Shown piece by piece: positions 13,299-23,174 of a DNA stretch of 45,838 nucleotides. The DNA comes from a phage. Each line of letters opens with the position of its first letter. Positions within the stretch are counted from its first letter, which is position 1. The position numbers were made by a program, and so were the translations under genes. The notes below the pieces were generated by a model. That model saw only the letters and a list, made by a program, of their open reading frames with translations. It had not been told where the DNA came from and did no database searches. The stretch lies in NCBI GenBank assembly GCA_014143165.1, contig GCA_014143165.1_4843.1. One strand, given 5' to 3'.

Positions 13299-14095
13299 TG
13301 ATAGTCCACTACTACAATGAGTGGGACAAGGGCGCAGCGGCATGGCTGCGCGAATTAATTAACAATAAACTAATTCCTTACGGATATGTCGATGAGCGAT
13401 CAATTACCGAAGTCACCCCTTCAGACCTGGAAGGATTTACACAATGTCACTTCTTTGCCGGAATCGGAGGGTGGCCCCTTGCACTCCAGCTGGCAGGAAT
13501 ACCAGAGAGCACTCGACTCTGGACAGGATCACCACCTTGCCAGCCGTTTAGCGTTGCCGGTCAGTCTCGCGGATTTGATGACGAACGACACCTTGCCCCT
13601 GTATTTCTCCGGCTCATCAGAGAGTGCAAACCTGAATTGCTATTTGGAGAGCAGGTTGCGGCAGCAATTGCAAAGCACTGGCTCGACTTTGTATTCCTTA
13701 ACCTGGAAGAAAAAGGCTACACCTGCGGGGCGGCAGTATTGCCAGCTTGCAGCGTCGGCTCTCCACAGGAAAGGAAAAGAACCATCTTTGGCGCGAGGAT
13801 GGGCGACACCAACAGCGCGAGGATGGAAGGATTATGGGAATCTCAGCAAGTCATTTTACAGAAAGGACGGAAAATTCAGGAACGATACTCTTTATCGCCA
13901 GATGTGGCTTCATGTTTATGGGATTCATGGAAACCCAAACATGGAGCAGATAAAGAAACTAGAGTCATACCAGGCGGATTTTGCGAGGCAACTCATGGGG
14001 TATCCGCAAGAGTGGGACGACTGCGCGGTTATGGCAATGCCATAGTTCCACAAGTCGCAGCAGAATTCATTAAAGCATTCATGAGGTCCGTTTAA
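13295..14095 (+). CDS. compact DNA (cytosine-5)-methyltransferase
   Basis: Motif I FFAGIGGW, motif IV GSPPCQPFSVAGQ, motif VI LLFGEQV, motif VIII GSPQERKRTIFGA, motif X GYGNAIVPQVAAEFIKAF. A second open frame (13386..14045) carries a motif-IX-like FARQLMGYPQEW (see findings). Confidence 0.7.
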   Translation: MMIVHYYNEWDKGAAAWLRELINNKLIPYGYVDERSITEVTPSDLEGFTQCHFFAGIGGWPLALQLAGIPESTRLWTGSPPCQPFSVAGQSRGFDDERHLAPVFLRLIRECKPELLFGEQVAAAIAKHWLDFVFLNLEEKGYTCGAAVLPACSVGSPQERKRTIFGARMGDTNSARMEGLWESQQVILQKGRKIQERYSLSPDVASCLWDSWKPKHGADKETRVIPGGFCEATHGVSARVGRLRGYGNAIVPQVAAEFIKAFMRSV

Positions 14096-14268
14096 TGACA
14101 CCAGAACAATTCATCGAAAAACAACTACGCGCCAAACTGCCGGACATCGACCAGATGGCAATTGATGCGGCAATTCAGTATTACAAGCGCAATCAGAGCG
14201 AAAAGAAGGGTGGCATTTTTGAAGAGTGCCTGAAGGTTGCAAAACAACACATGATTAAGGTGAAGTGA
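14095..14268 (+). CDS. hypothetical small protein (57 aa)
   Basis: ATG overlaps the MTase stop (TAATG); ends TGATG overlapping the next start. Confidence 0.3.
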   Translation: MTPEQFIEKQLRAKLPDIDQMAIDAAIQYYKRNQSEKKGGIFEECLKVAKQHMIKVK

Positions 14269-14807
14269 TGAAACTAAAAATCAGCAAATTATTACTTGAA
14301 TCAGCATTAATATTTCAGGCTCGCAACGATGTGCGGTATTACCTGAATGGAATCTGCTTCATGCCTGATGGTCGCATTGCATCAACTGACGGTCATCGCG
14401 CATTTATTGGTGGCAACCATGACAATACGCTGACAGAAAATGTGATTATCAAGATTGGCAAGTCACCAACAAAGCGCTATGACTACGCCATCATTGATAC
14501 CAAAGCGAAAATTGCAACGTATCATGATGAAGCTGGTGTGATGGTTGGCACTGGTATCTGCGAAGAGATTGACGGACGATTCCCGGATATTGACCGCATC
14601 ATTCCGAAGCAGATCTCGCCAACAGAGGAAATTGGCTTCAATGCTGGCTATCTTGTTGATGTCGAGAAAGCTGCGAAGCTATTTAACCCTAGATTATGTG
14701 GAGTTAAGTTTGAATTGAATGGAAATACAAATGCCGCAGTTTGCTGCCTTAGTGCGCCAACTGGCGAAACTGCGAAGATTGTTGTTATGCCGATGAGGAT
14801 TTATTAA
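14268..14807 (+). CDS. truncated DNA polymerase III beta sliding clamp homolog (DnaN domain II plus C-terminal strand)
   Basis: NDVRYYLNGICF...STDGHRA matches DnaN QDVRYYLNGMLFE...ATDGHRLA; DGRFPDIDRIIP matches DGRFPDYRRVLP; EIGFNAGYLVDV matches EIGFNVSYVLDV; C-terminal KIVVMPMRIY matches DnaN's YVVMPMRL. Only about 180 aa versus about 366 for DnaN. Confidence 0.7.
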   Translation: MKLKISKLLLESALIFQARNDVRYYLNGICFMPDGRIASTDGHRAFIGGNHDNTLTENVIIKIGKSPTKRYDYAIIDTKAKIATYHDEAGVMVGTGICEEIDGRFPDIDRIIPKQISPTEEIGFNAGYLVDVEKAAKLFNPRLCGVKFELNGNTNAAVCCLSAPTGETAKIVVMPMRIY

Positions 14808-15088
14808 TGAGTGAAGAGATGAAGCCATGCAGGCTTTGCGGAGTTAAGCAAAGCGGCGTCGATGAACATAATAATGAATACGAAAAACTTGTCAGCCTTG
14901 TTCTTCGTTCTGGAGACGAAAGAGAACTGCTTGAGTTGATTGACCTGATGAGAGGCAAAATAATAACGTCGGTAACAACATCAATTGGTAGCAGTAAGTT
15001 GGCATATGAAAGCCGCGAACTTTATCATGTTCAAGTCATGCATGACGCAATATCTTTACTGCGTGAAAAGCTAATTTCCAGACAGTAA
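14807..15088 (+). CDS. hypothetical protein
   Basis: 93-aa ORF, start overlaps the upstream stop; last gene before the terminator. Confidence 0.4.
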   Translation: MSEEMKPCRLCGVKQSGVDEHNNEYEKLVSLVLRSGDERELLELIDLMRGKIITSVTTSIGSSKLAYESRELYHVQVMHDAISLLREKLISRQ

Positions 15089-15092
15089 ACCA

Positions 15093-15120
15093 AAGCCCCT
15101 TTACGGGGCTTTTCTTTTAT
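15093..15120 (+). terminator. rho-independent terminator
   Basis: GCCCC-TTTA-CGGGGC hairpin plus TTTTCTTTTAT; nearly identical to the terminator at 8336-8362. Confidence 0.6.
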
Positions 15121-15980
15121 CACGCCAGATAAGTATCATCCTCAAACCACGAGACATACGCATTGATATTCTGCACCGCAGTATCCAGTGATGTTATGCG
15201 AAGCAAATACGTCGTATTTGGTGCCATGATAATCTGCTCGCCGAGTTTCGCCTGCGAGTTACCCTGACCCTGATTCGATGCGTTGCCCTCACTGTACGTC
15301 GCCGCCACCGTCAGCTGCCCAATACTTGTGATTGTAGAGCCAGTCAGAAGCTGCGCCGTAGCTGCCTGCGGCGTTATGTCGTTTGGGTTGTTAATCTCTG
15401 CCGCCGTACCGCCAGTGGCAACCGCGCCGCGATAGATTGATGCAACAACACCTTTCCCCGTATAACCAATAATGCGCTGGTTGAATATCACCTGCTTTGT
15501 TCCGGTGATAAAGATGCTGTCAAGGTTTGAGCTGCCAGCGACATCAGTTACTCTGCGCGACGCAGTGAACAGCTTGCCTTGCTTATTGGCGCGTTCAATA
15601 TATGACTGCGTGGTGATGTCGCTTAGCGCAACATCTGGCTGAAGGTTTACCACCGATTGCGGAGACACGCCAGCTCGCCACGCCGAAACGCGCAGCGAGT
15701 TTACTGCCGCTGGCAATTCAGTTTTGATTATCTTCAGGCGCAGCGCTACGCCGTAATAATTATTATTGTTGACGTCAATCCAGTAGTTGCCAGACTCAAA
15801 TGGCGACACCTTCACGGACACGGTTCCGCTCACCAACGGCGTGTATGCGCCAGATGAATTAAGCGGCATCACGTTAACCTGTAGCGCAGTCCAGTCAGCG
15901 GACATCAGCTCGTCAAGCGTCACCTCGCCGTCATCCCGCGTGGTGAATATGTCGTATCTTACAGCCATAGAAACCCCCAA
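15120..15980 (-). CDS. putative virion structural protein (unknown role)
   Basis: 286-aa Thr/Ser/Gly-rich ORF between the capsid gene and the connector genes. Confidence 0.35.
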   Translation of the reverse strand: MGVSMAVRYDIFTTRDDGEVTLDELMSADWTALQVNVMPLNSSGAYTPLVSGTVSVKVSPFESGNYWIDVNNNNYYGVALRLKIIKTELPAAVNSLRVSAWRAGVSPQSVVNLQPDVALSDITTQSYIERANKQGKLFTASRRVTDVAGSSNLDSIFITGTKQVIFNQRIIGYTGKGVVASIYRGAVATGGTAAEINNPNDITPQAATAQLLTGSTITSIGQLTVAATYSEGNASNQGQGNSQAKLGEQIIMAPNTTYLLRITSLDTAVQNINAYVSWFEDDTYLA

Positions 15981-16004
15981 TAAAAAACCCGCATAATGCG
16001 GGTT
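15978..16004 (-). terminator. rho-independent terminator (minus strand)
   Basis: AACCCGC-ATTAT-GCGGGTT hairpin followed by a T-run on the minus strand, downstream of the capsid gene and a small ORF. Confidence 0.5.
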
Positions 16005-16008
16005 CAGT

Positions 16009-16206
16009 TTACTCTGCTTTCTTTTTCTTTGTCGTCTTTTCTTGCGGGGTTGCGACTTCGAAAGACTTTTCCAGTTCTGGCATAACGCGCAGCTTTGACA
16101 TCAGATGATCAGCAGGCTCCGTGATAACCTCGCCAAGCTGTAACTCACGAATCTTGCCTTTCTCTTTCACAAAGATTCCTCGTGCGATGACTTCGTATTT
16201 AGCCAT
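16009..16206 (-). CDS. hypothetical small protein
   Basis: 65-aa ORF immediately downstream of the major capsid gene. Confidence 0.35.
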   Translation of the reverse strand: MAKYEVIARGIFVKEKGKIRELQLGEVITEPADHLMSKLRVMPELEKSFEVATPQEKTTKKKKAE

Positions 16207-16248
16207 TATTCACCTCAAATTCACAAAGGGGCTTTCGCCCCTTTTCTA

Positions 16249-17319
16249 TTACTGCGGAGTTTGTGTACCGTAGCCGTTGAACACTTTGGACTTACCGGAG
16301 AAATCCTTGCGCACCTGAAGCCCCATAGCAGACCATACGAGGAAGTTAAAGTTATCGTGCGGATTGTCACGGGCTGCCGCATAGGTGGAAACAGGCTGAG
16401 CAACACGCGGACGGATGTACATGTCGTTGCGAACGTAGCCAACGAAATGGTTGCCAGTCAGCAGGAAGTTGGTGCCAATCTTGCCGATGCGACCATTGCC
16501 GAATTGCGTGATGTACTGCTCAACAGTGCCGCCTTTGAAGCCTGCCGCATCAGAATACGGACGCATGAAGCTACGACGCACTGCCGGGGAAACCCACAGA
16601 GTCACCTGCTCAAATACGTTCTGTGCATCCAGAATAGCCTGGAAATCCTGATTGAAGAATTTCACGATTTCGTCTGGCGTTGCGGTTTGCAGGTCGATAT
16701 TCAGACCGCCGGAAGCATTCAGGTTAACCTGAATAGTGTTCGGGTGGTTGGTGATACCGTAGCCAGTGTAAACGCCATTCACGTTCAGAGTCTGGTCGCC
16801 AGTCAGCAGGTACTGCGCCATATCGGAACGCAGGTTGAAGGTGACGTTAGCCTGATCGTCCAGTAGTGGGTCAAAACCTTCAGACTGCATACCCAGCAGT
16901 TCGCGCCATTCGCGGCTGTAGCCAGTCTTGAAGATTGGAATCACATCGCCAGTGTAATCGTAGCGAGTTTTATCCAAATCTTCTGGCTCCTGACCAGACA
17001 GAGTGCGAACAACTTTACCAGCATCGGAAGCAATGCGGCTGATTGCCACAGTCTTACCGATATTGATGTTTGCCGCGATGCCCATCAGGTCAGCCATCAT
17101 ATCCTGACCAGCTTCGTTGCGGAAAACGCGAGTGGTAACGTTATCCACGTCGCGCCAGTAATCTTTCGTTACCAGTGCTGTGGCGTTAACGCCGTAAGTT
17201 TTCGCCAGTTCAGCTTCTGCATTGCAGAACACTTTACGGTCGATGGTCAGATGTTTCCACTGGTCAGCCACTACTGCGGAGTTGGCTACCAAATCTTTGG
17301 TAAAAATAATCTTTTCCAT
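16249..17319 (-). CDS. major capsid protein
   Basis: 356-aa ORF after scaffold/protease and decoration-like genes and before a strong terminator; size and position typical of HK97-fold capsid proteins. Confidence 0.65.
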   Translation of the reverse strand: MEKIIFTKDLVANSAVVADQWKHLTIDRKVFCNAEAELAKTYGVNATALVTKDYWRDVDNVTTRVFRNEAGQDMMADLMGIAANINIGKTVAISRIASDAGKVVRTLSGQEPEDLDKTRYDYTGDVIPIFKTGYSREWRELLGMQSEGFDPLLDDQANVTFNLRSDMAQYLLTGDQTLNVNGVYTGYGITNHPNTIQVNLNASGGLNIDLQTATPDEIVKFFNQDFQAILDAQNVFEQVTLWVSPAVRRSFMRPYSDAAGFKGGTVEQYITQFGNGRIGKIGTNFLLTGNHFVGYVRNDMYIRPRVAQPVSTYAAARDNPHDNFNFLVWSAMGLQVRKDFSGKSKVFNGYGTQTPQ

Positions 17320-17321
17320 TA

Positions 17322-19075
<1,754 letters not shown>

Positions 19076-19112
19076 ACTAACCCCTGCTGTTGGTTAACTT
19101 AGGAATTATATC

Positions 19113-20510
19113 ATGCCGAAGAAGATGACTATTGATGAGCTCAAAGAAAAGATTCGTAGCGTTCATGGCGAGACGTATGAGTATGATTTTCATACCTTCC
19201 ATGGCTGCCACTCACCAATGAAAATAGTATGCAAAAAGCATGGGGAATTCTGGCAAAAGCCATCCAAACACCTTCATGGTCAGGGGTGTGCAAAGTGCCA
19301 AAGGGGCGTTATTTCTGTCGATGACTTCAAATCAATGGCCTCCGCTATTCATGACGGGAAATATGACTATAGCAAGGTTTTTTTTGAAGCGTTTTCAAGG
19401 GCAAAGATAACAATCGGATGCCCGATTCATGGGTGGTTTGAGCAATTGGCCTACATTCATCTGAAGAGGGGTAATGGATGCCCAAGGTGTGGAGATGAGA
19501 GATCGAGAAAAGCCAAGTTAAAAAAGTTCAGCAATTTTGTTGATGATGCGAAATACGTCCATGGTGATAAGTATGAGTATTCCCCGAATGGTTTTACTGG
19601 TTCTCGAGGCAAGATTAATATCTTATGTCCTACACATGGTGAGTTTACTCAAGGTGCCGCAAATCACCTGGCTGGTAATGGGTGCCCATCGTGCGCAAGA
19701 GTGATGTCAAACATAGAAGCCGATATCCTTGCATTTGTTAAGTCACTGGACCCACATGTGATCAGCAGGGATAGAGCAACGATAGCACCATATGAACTGG
19801 ATATAGTCTCAAGAGCAAAATCATTAGCCATAGAGGTAAACGGCACATACTGGCACTCGGAGAGGGCTGGGAAAGATAGGTTATATCACAAAATGAAAAG
19901 AGAGATGGTTGAAGAATCTGGGATGAGATTGATAAGCATAAGAAGTGATATATGGAGAGATAAGCGCGAATTAGTAGAGGAAATAATAATTAATGCCATG
20001 GGGGCATCTGAGAGCAGGAAGGTTGACGCAAGAAAGTGCACCATTAAAGATGTATCACCATCTGAATCAAGGGCTTTTCTTGATAGATACCATGTTATGG
20101 GAGGGAGGAATGCCAGTAGGCACTTCGGTTTATTTTGTGGCGGTGAACTGGTATCTGTTATGTCATTTACAGTAAGGAAAGGTTCTGTTGAGTTAGTTAG
20201 ATTCGCATCTAAATGCAATGTTCGTGGTGGGTTAACAAAGATGCTAAAACACTGCTCATCAGTTGTTGGTTTTGATAAGTGTTTCAGCTATGTAGACCTT
20301 GATTTGTTTACCGGTAAATCATACCTCTTAGCTGGCTTTAAAGCTGTAAGCATAAAACCCGGATTCGCGATTGTTAACGGAAATCATGTGGAATCAAGGC
20401 AAAAGTGGAATAAGGCACCTAATGGCATGACTCAGAGCGAATGGTACGAATCTGAAGGCGTAAGCAGGATATGGGATAGCGGACAAATGAGAATAGAGTG
20501 GAGTAAATAG
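19113..20510 (+). CDS. endonuclease-like protein: three tandem zinc-ribbon repeats, PD-(D/E)xK (Vsr-like) core, unknown C-terminal domain
   Basis: Three repeats of C-x2-HG-x-F-x-Q...HL-x-G-x-GCP-x-C; nuclease-like YELDIV...LAIEVNGTYWHSE; about 140-aa C-terminal domain of unknown fold; inserted antisense between structural genes. Confidence 0.55.
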   Translation: MPKKMTIDELKEKIRSVHGETYEYDFHTFHGCHSPMKIVCKKHGEFWQKPSKHLHGQGCAKCQRGVISVDDFKSMASAIHDGKYDYSKVFFEAFSRAKITIGCPIHGWFEQLAYIHLKRGNGCPRCGDERSRKAKLKKFSNFVDDAKYVHGDKYEYSPNGFTGSRGKINILCPTHGEFTQGAANHLAGNGCPSCARVMSNIEADILAFVKSLDPHVISRDRATIAPYELDIVSRAKSLAIEVNGTYWHSERAGKDRLYHKMKREMVEESGMRLISIRSDIWRDKRELVEEIIINAMGASESRKVDARKCTIKDVSPSESRAFLDRYHVMGGRNASRHFGLFCGGELVSVMSFTVRKGSVELVRFASKCNVRGGLTKMLKHCSSVVGFDKCFSYVDLDLFTGKSYLLAGFKAVSIKPGFAIVNGNHVESRQKWNKAPNGMTQSEWYESEGVSRIWDSGQMRIEWSK

Positions 20511-20518
20511 AAAGTAAA

Positions 20519-20543
20519 AGGTGTCATTTGACACCTTTTTTTG
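20519..20543 (+). terminator. rho-independent terminator
   Basis: GGTGTC-ATTTG-ACACC hairpin followed by TTTTTTT. Confidence 0.5.
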
Positions 20544-20856
20544 TGGTCGAATTATAACACAGGGAGATATAGCACCATGAGGCGGTAGCCAGTGCAAATA
20601 ATGGCGAATCGGTGAGTGCGTATAGCGTGAGAAAGTAAGGGATGGGGATTATGTTCATGGGCTACCTCCTGATTAAATGATAGCAGCCCATGATGAACAA
20701 AAGATATACGGTGTTAGTCTGAAATCACATCATCCATGAATGCAAGCGCAGCACCTGAAAGACAGAACAGAGCGCCATAGCAAATCATCTGGTAGAGAGT
20801 GTCAGCCTCAAATACCCTCGCGAATGCGTAAGCGGATAAAATCCACAGTAATGGAA

Positions 20857-21183
20857 TCATAACCCAGCCTCCTGCTTTGCGCGGTGAACGTATGACATAA
20901 ACTTGCCAATTGGCATTTCCTTGCGGATTTGCGCCAGTATCGCCCCGTGAATCATTCTTTCCTCGCCGTAATACAACTTATCAAGTCGAGTTTTAATGAG
21001 TGCTCGCGTACGTTTCATGTGGTCGCGTGCCTTAAGTGCTTTCTCATGCCATACGCGGTCATTCTTCTTATCAGCATATTGCAGTTGGCGTTCAACAGTT
21101 TCGATTTCAAACGCCAGTTGCACGTCATAATCTTCGAGCTGAATGATGTCTGCTTTCATAATGTCGTTTAGTTGGATAATCAT
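20857..21183 (-). CDS. hypothetical early protein
   Basis: 108-aa ORF; overlaps the upstream gene stop. Confidence 0.4.
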   Translation of the reverse strand: MIIQLNDIMKADIIQLEDYDVQLAFEIETVERQLQYADKKNDRVWHEKALKARDHMKRTRALIKTRLDKLYYGEERMIHGAILAQIRKEMPIGKFMSYVHRAKQEAGL

Positions 21184-21557
21184 TTTTTCACCTTTAAGTT
21201 GTGTTTTGTTAATTCATTAATGACATCATTTTGGTCGCACAGCAGCAAATGCATATTGCTTAGGTCAATCTCAATTGCTGCGCGAGATGCTTGCCATGTT
21301 TGCCAGTGACCTTGGACATCATCAATCACATACTGACCACCAACATTACCACTGCCAACCTCGTGGTGATTTTCAGGGTAACGAACAAGGTCTGATTCCT
21401 CACCTCCGCGTCGCAACCAGCTTGTTTCAAACTGCTCTCTACTCGTCATCTTCACTTCCTCCACTATCCATCCCATCTCTTTACGGTTATTGGCAATAAA
21501 CTCATCTGATGTCACAAACAGAGTTCTGCCGGATTTATGCTTAATAGCCCATCTCAT
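21180..21557 (-). CDS. hypothetical early protein
   Basis: 125-aa ORF. Confidence 0.4.
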   Translation of the reverse strand: MRWAIKHKSGRTLFVTSDEFIANNRKEMGWIVEEVKMTSREQFETSWLRRGGEESDLVRYPENHHEVGSGNVGGQYVIDDVQGHWQTWQASRAAIEIDLSNMHLLLCDQNDVINELTKHNLKVKK

Positions 21558-21682
21558 TTAGTGCATCCTCAGCAAGTTTGCGGAACATGATTTGCACTCT
21601 TGCCACCTTACGCCATTCCGCTTCGGTGAGAATCACATCCTCATGCTGCGGCATTCCCGACATTTCGCATGGCGGTAATGGC

Positions 21683-22171
21683 TCATACTCTTGCTTCTTG
21701 CGTTTGGCTTTCCCCATAATGACCCCTCACATTGCGAAGAAGTGAATTGAACAGGTTGCTGACGTTAACTTCCTGCTCACGCCACGAATAACGCCACAGC
21801 TTCTTGTGGTGGTCATAGCTTCGCGTCACATCACCGTTATGAAACATGATGCGGATTCTGCTTTTCACGATTCGGTAATCAATACCAGTGGCTACGCTGA
21901 TTTCTTTCACTTCCGCGCCAGCATTATCAAGCAGGTGACACTTAATCGCATCATCAATGCCAGCAGCATCATCAGAGATGAAATATTTATACTGCCACTT
22001 GCCACCACGAATCACTGACTTCTCACGGCGAATGAAGCCAAGAGCAAGCATCTCATGCAAACGATGCGTTGTAGTGCTTGAATGTTTTCCGCTGCAATGC
22101 TTCTCAATGTATGCGCGAGTTGCACCAGGATGATTGATAATCACGCGCATGATTTGTGATTTATAATCCAT
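21683..22171 (-). CDS. putative winged-helix DNA-binding protein
   Basis: ATG at 22171 lies just after the Lar-like stop; product MDYKSQIMRVIINHPGATRAYIEKHC...HRLHEMLALGFIRREK...GGKW has a winged-helix-like pattern. The longer track ORF (to 22336) overlaps the Lar-like gene. Confidence 0.4.
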   Translation of the reverse strand: MDYKSQIMRVIINHPGATRAYIEKHCSGKHSSTTTHRLHEMLALGFIRREKSVIRGGKWQYKYFISDDAAGIDDAIKCHLLDNAGAEVKEISVATGIDYRIVKSRIRIMFHNGDVTRSYDHHKKLWRYSWREQEVNVSNLFNSLLRNVRGHYGESQTQEARV

Positions 22172-22418
22172 AATCGCGTTCCTTTGCTGCATGATTGAAG
22201 TCGTCGGCTGTGTAGAGGTGTCCGTTGCGGGTATTCCATCTTCCCTTTGCGCTACGTAATCTGACGTATTCTTCACTTTTCTTGCCACAATCAAGGCATT
22301 CAATAATCCATCCGTGAGGTACTGCGCAAGGAACAACCCTTAAGCCACCGCAATTATCACACTCTAGCAATCCGTGCTCATTCATCATCGGCATATATGG
22401 CACTGTCATTTTATCCAT
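22161..22418 (-). CDS. Lar-family-like restriction-alleviation zinc-ribbon protein
   Basis: CDNCGG...CLDCGKK zinc ribbon followed by ...AKGRWNTRNG, resembling the Lar pattern (CPFCG...WNRR). Confidence 0.45.
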   Translation of the reverse strand: MDKMTVPYMPMMNEHGLLECDNCGGLRVVPCAVPHGWIIECLDCGKKSEEYVRLRSAKGRWNTRNGHLYTADDFNHAAKERDYGL

Positions 22419-22600
22419 TCTCCAATGTTGTTAAATTTAGGCGTATCACCAGACCAGTCGATAACGTCTCTTTGCTGACTGCGTTTGCGTTGCAGGCGGT
22501 TTCGCACCTCTCGCAGTTCACATTCCAGCCATTCGCAAGTACGCTCAACTTCATCCAGTCGCTGGATTAGCGATTGCTCGTACAGTTCGTCATGCGCCAT
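22406..22600 (-). CDS. hypothetical early protein
   Basis: 64-aa helical ORF. Confidence 0.35.
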   Translation of the reverse strand: MAHDELYEQSLIQRLDEVERTCEWLECELREVRNRLQRKRSQQRDVIDWSGDTPKFNNIGEWIK

Positions 22601-22660
22601 TTATAATTTCTCCCGTAGAATTTGATAACAACGTGCTCAACGCACAGATAACCTTCATCT

Positions 22661-22858
22661 TCAACCGTTACTGGTTGAACTATAAACCAACGCAGATATA
22701 AGTTCGTCAGCCTTTTCACGACCTGCAACCTCCGCTTCAAGCGCCAGTGAACACATGGCAGTTTCCACATACTTAATGGTATCTTCGCGAACGTTAAGGA
22801 TTTCCATAACCTCGCGCACCTCTTTCTGATATCTCGCTGCTATTTCTTTGTATTGCAT
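22661..22858 (-). CDS. hypothetical early protein
   Basis: ATG at 22858 with AAGGTGA RBS; first gene downstream of the minus-strand TTGACGTAGATTG element at 22899..22887. Confidence 0.4.
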   Translation of the reverse strand: MQYKEIAARYQKEVREVMEILNVREDTIKYVETAMCSLALEAEVAGREKADELISALVYSSTSNG

Positions 22859-22958
22859 TTCCACATCACCTTTTCCGTTGTGGTACAATCTACGTCAATA
22901 AGTATTGACTAAATGATGTAGATTGGTCAACAATAATTTCCGAAAAGGAGTAGTAAAT

Positions 22959-23174
22959 ATGCCAAGACCACGACGCGAGCCGATGGACATTATCACCAGC
23001 ATTGTGGAGAAGCGGCAGCCGCTGACGCTCCGTGATGTTCGCTACTTTGCCCGTTGCTATGTGGCGCTGGCTGATATGTCTAAAAATGACATGTATGATT
23101 TAATTCGTGCCAACTTCAGTGTTGACGAGAATAACAAAGTCACAATAAAGGAGAGTGATGATGGATTGGAATGA
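22959..23174 (+). CDS. hypothetical protein
   Basis: AAGGAG RBS 8 nt upstream of ATG 22959. Confidence 0.4.
   Translation: MPRPRREPMDIITSIVEKRQPLTLRDVRYFARCYVALADMSKNDMYDLIRANFSVDENNKVTIKESDDGLE

Noticed and set aside
13386-14045. Treating the second open frame inside the methyltransferase gene as an independent annotated CDS
   Set aside because: No independent RBS, and its one recognisable feature is a methyltransferase motif, so it is reported as a frame anomaly of the MTase gene rather than a separate gene.
16261-16866. 201-aa plus-strand ORF antisense to the major capsid gene
   Set aside because: Entirely within the capsid gene on the opposite strand, with no RBS or promoter; shadow ORF.
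22567-22770. 67-aa minus-strand ORF overlapping 22661..22858
   Set aside because: Overlaps a better-supported gene (RBS, helical product) in another frame; likely spurious.
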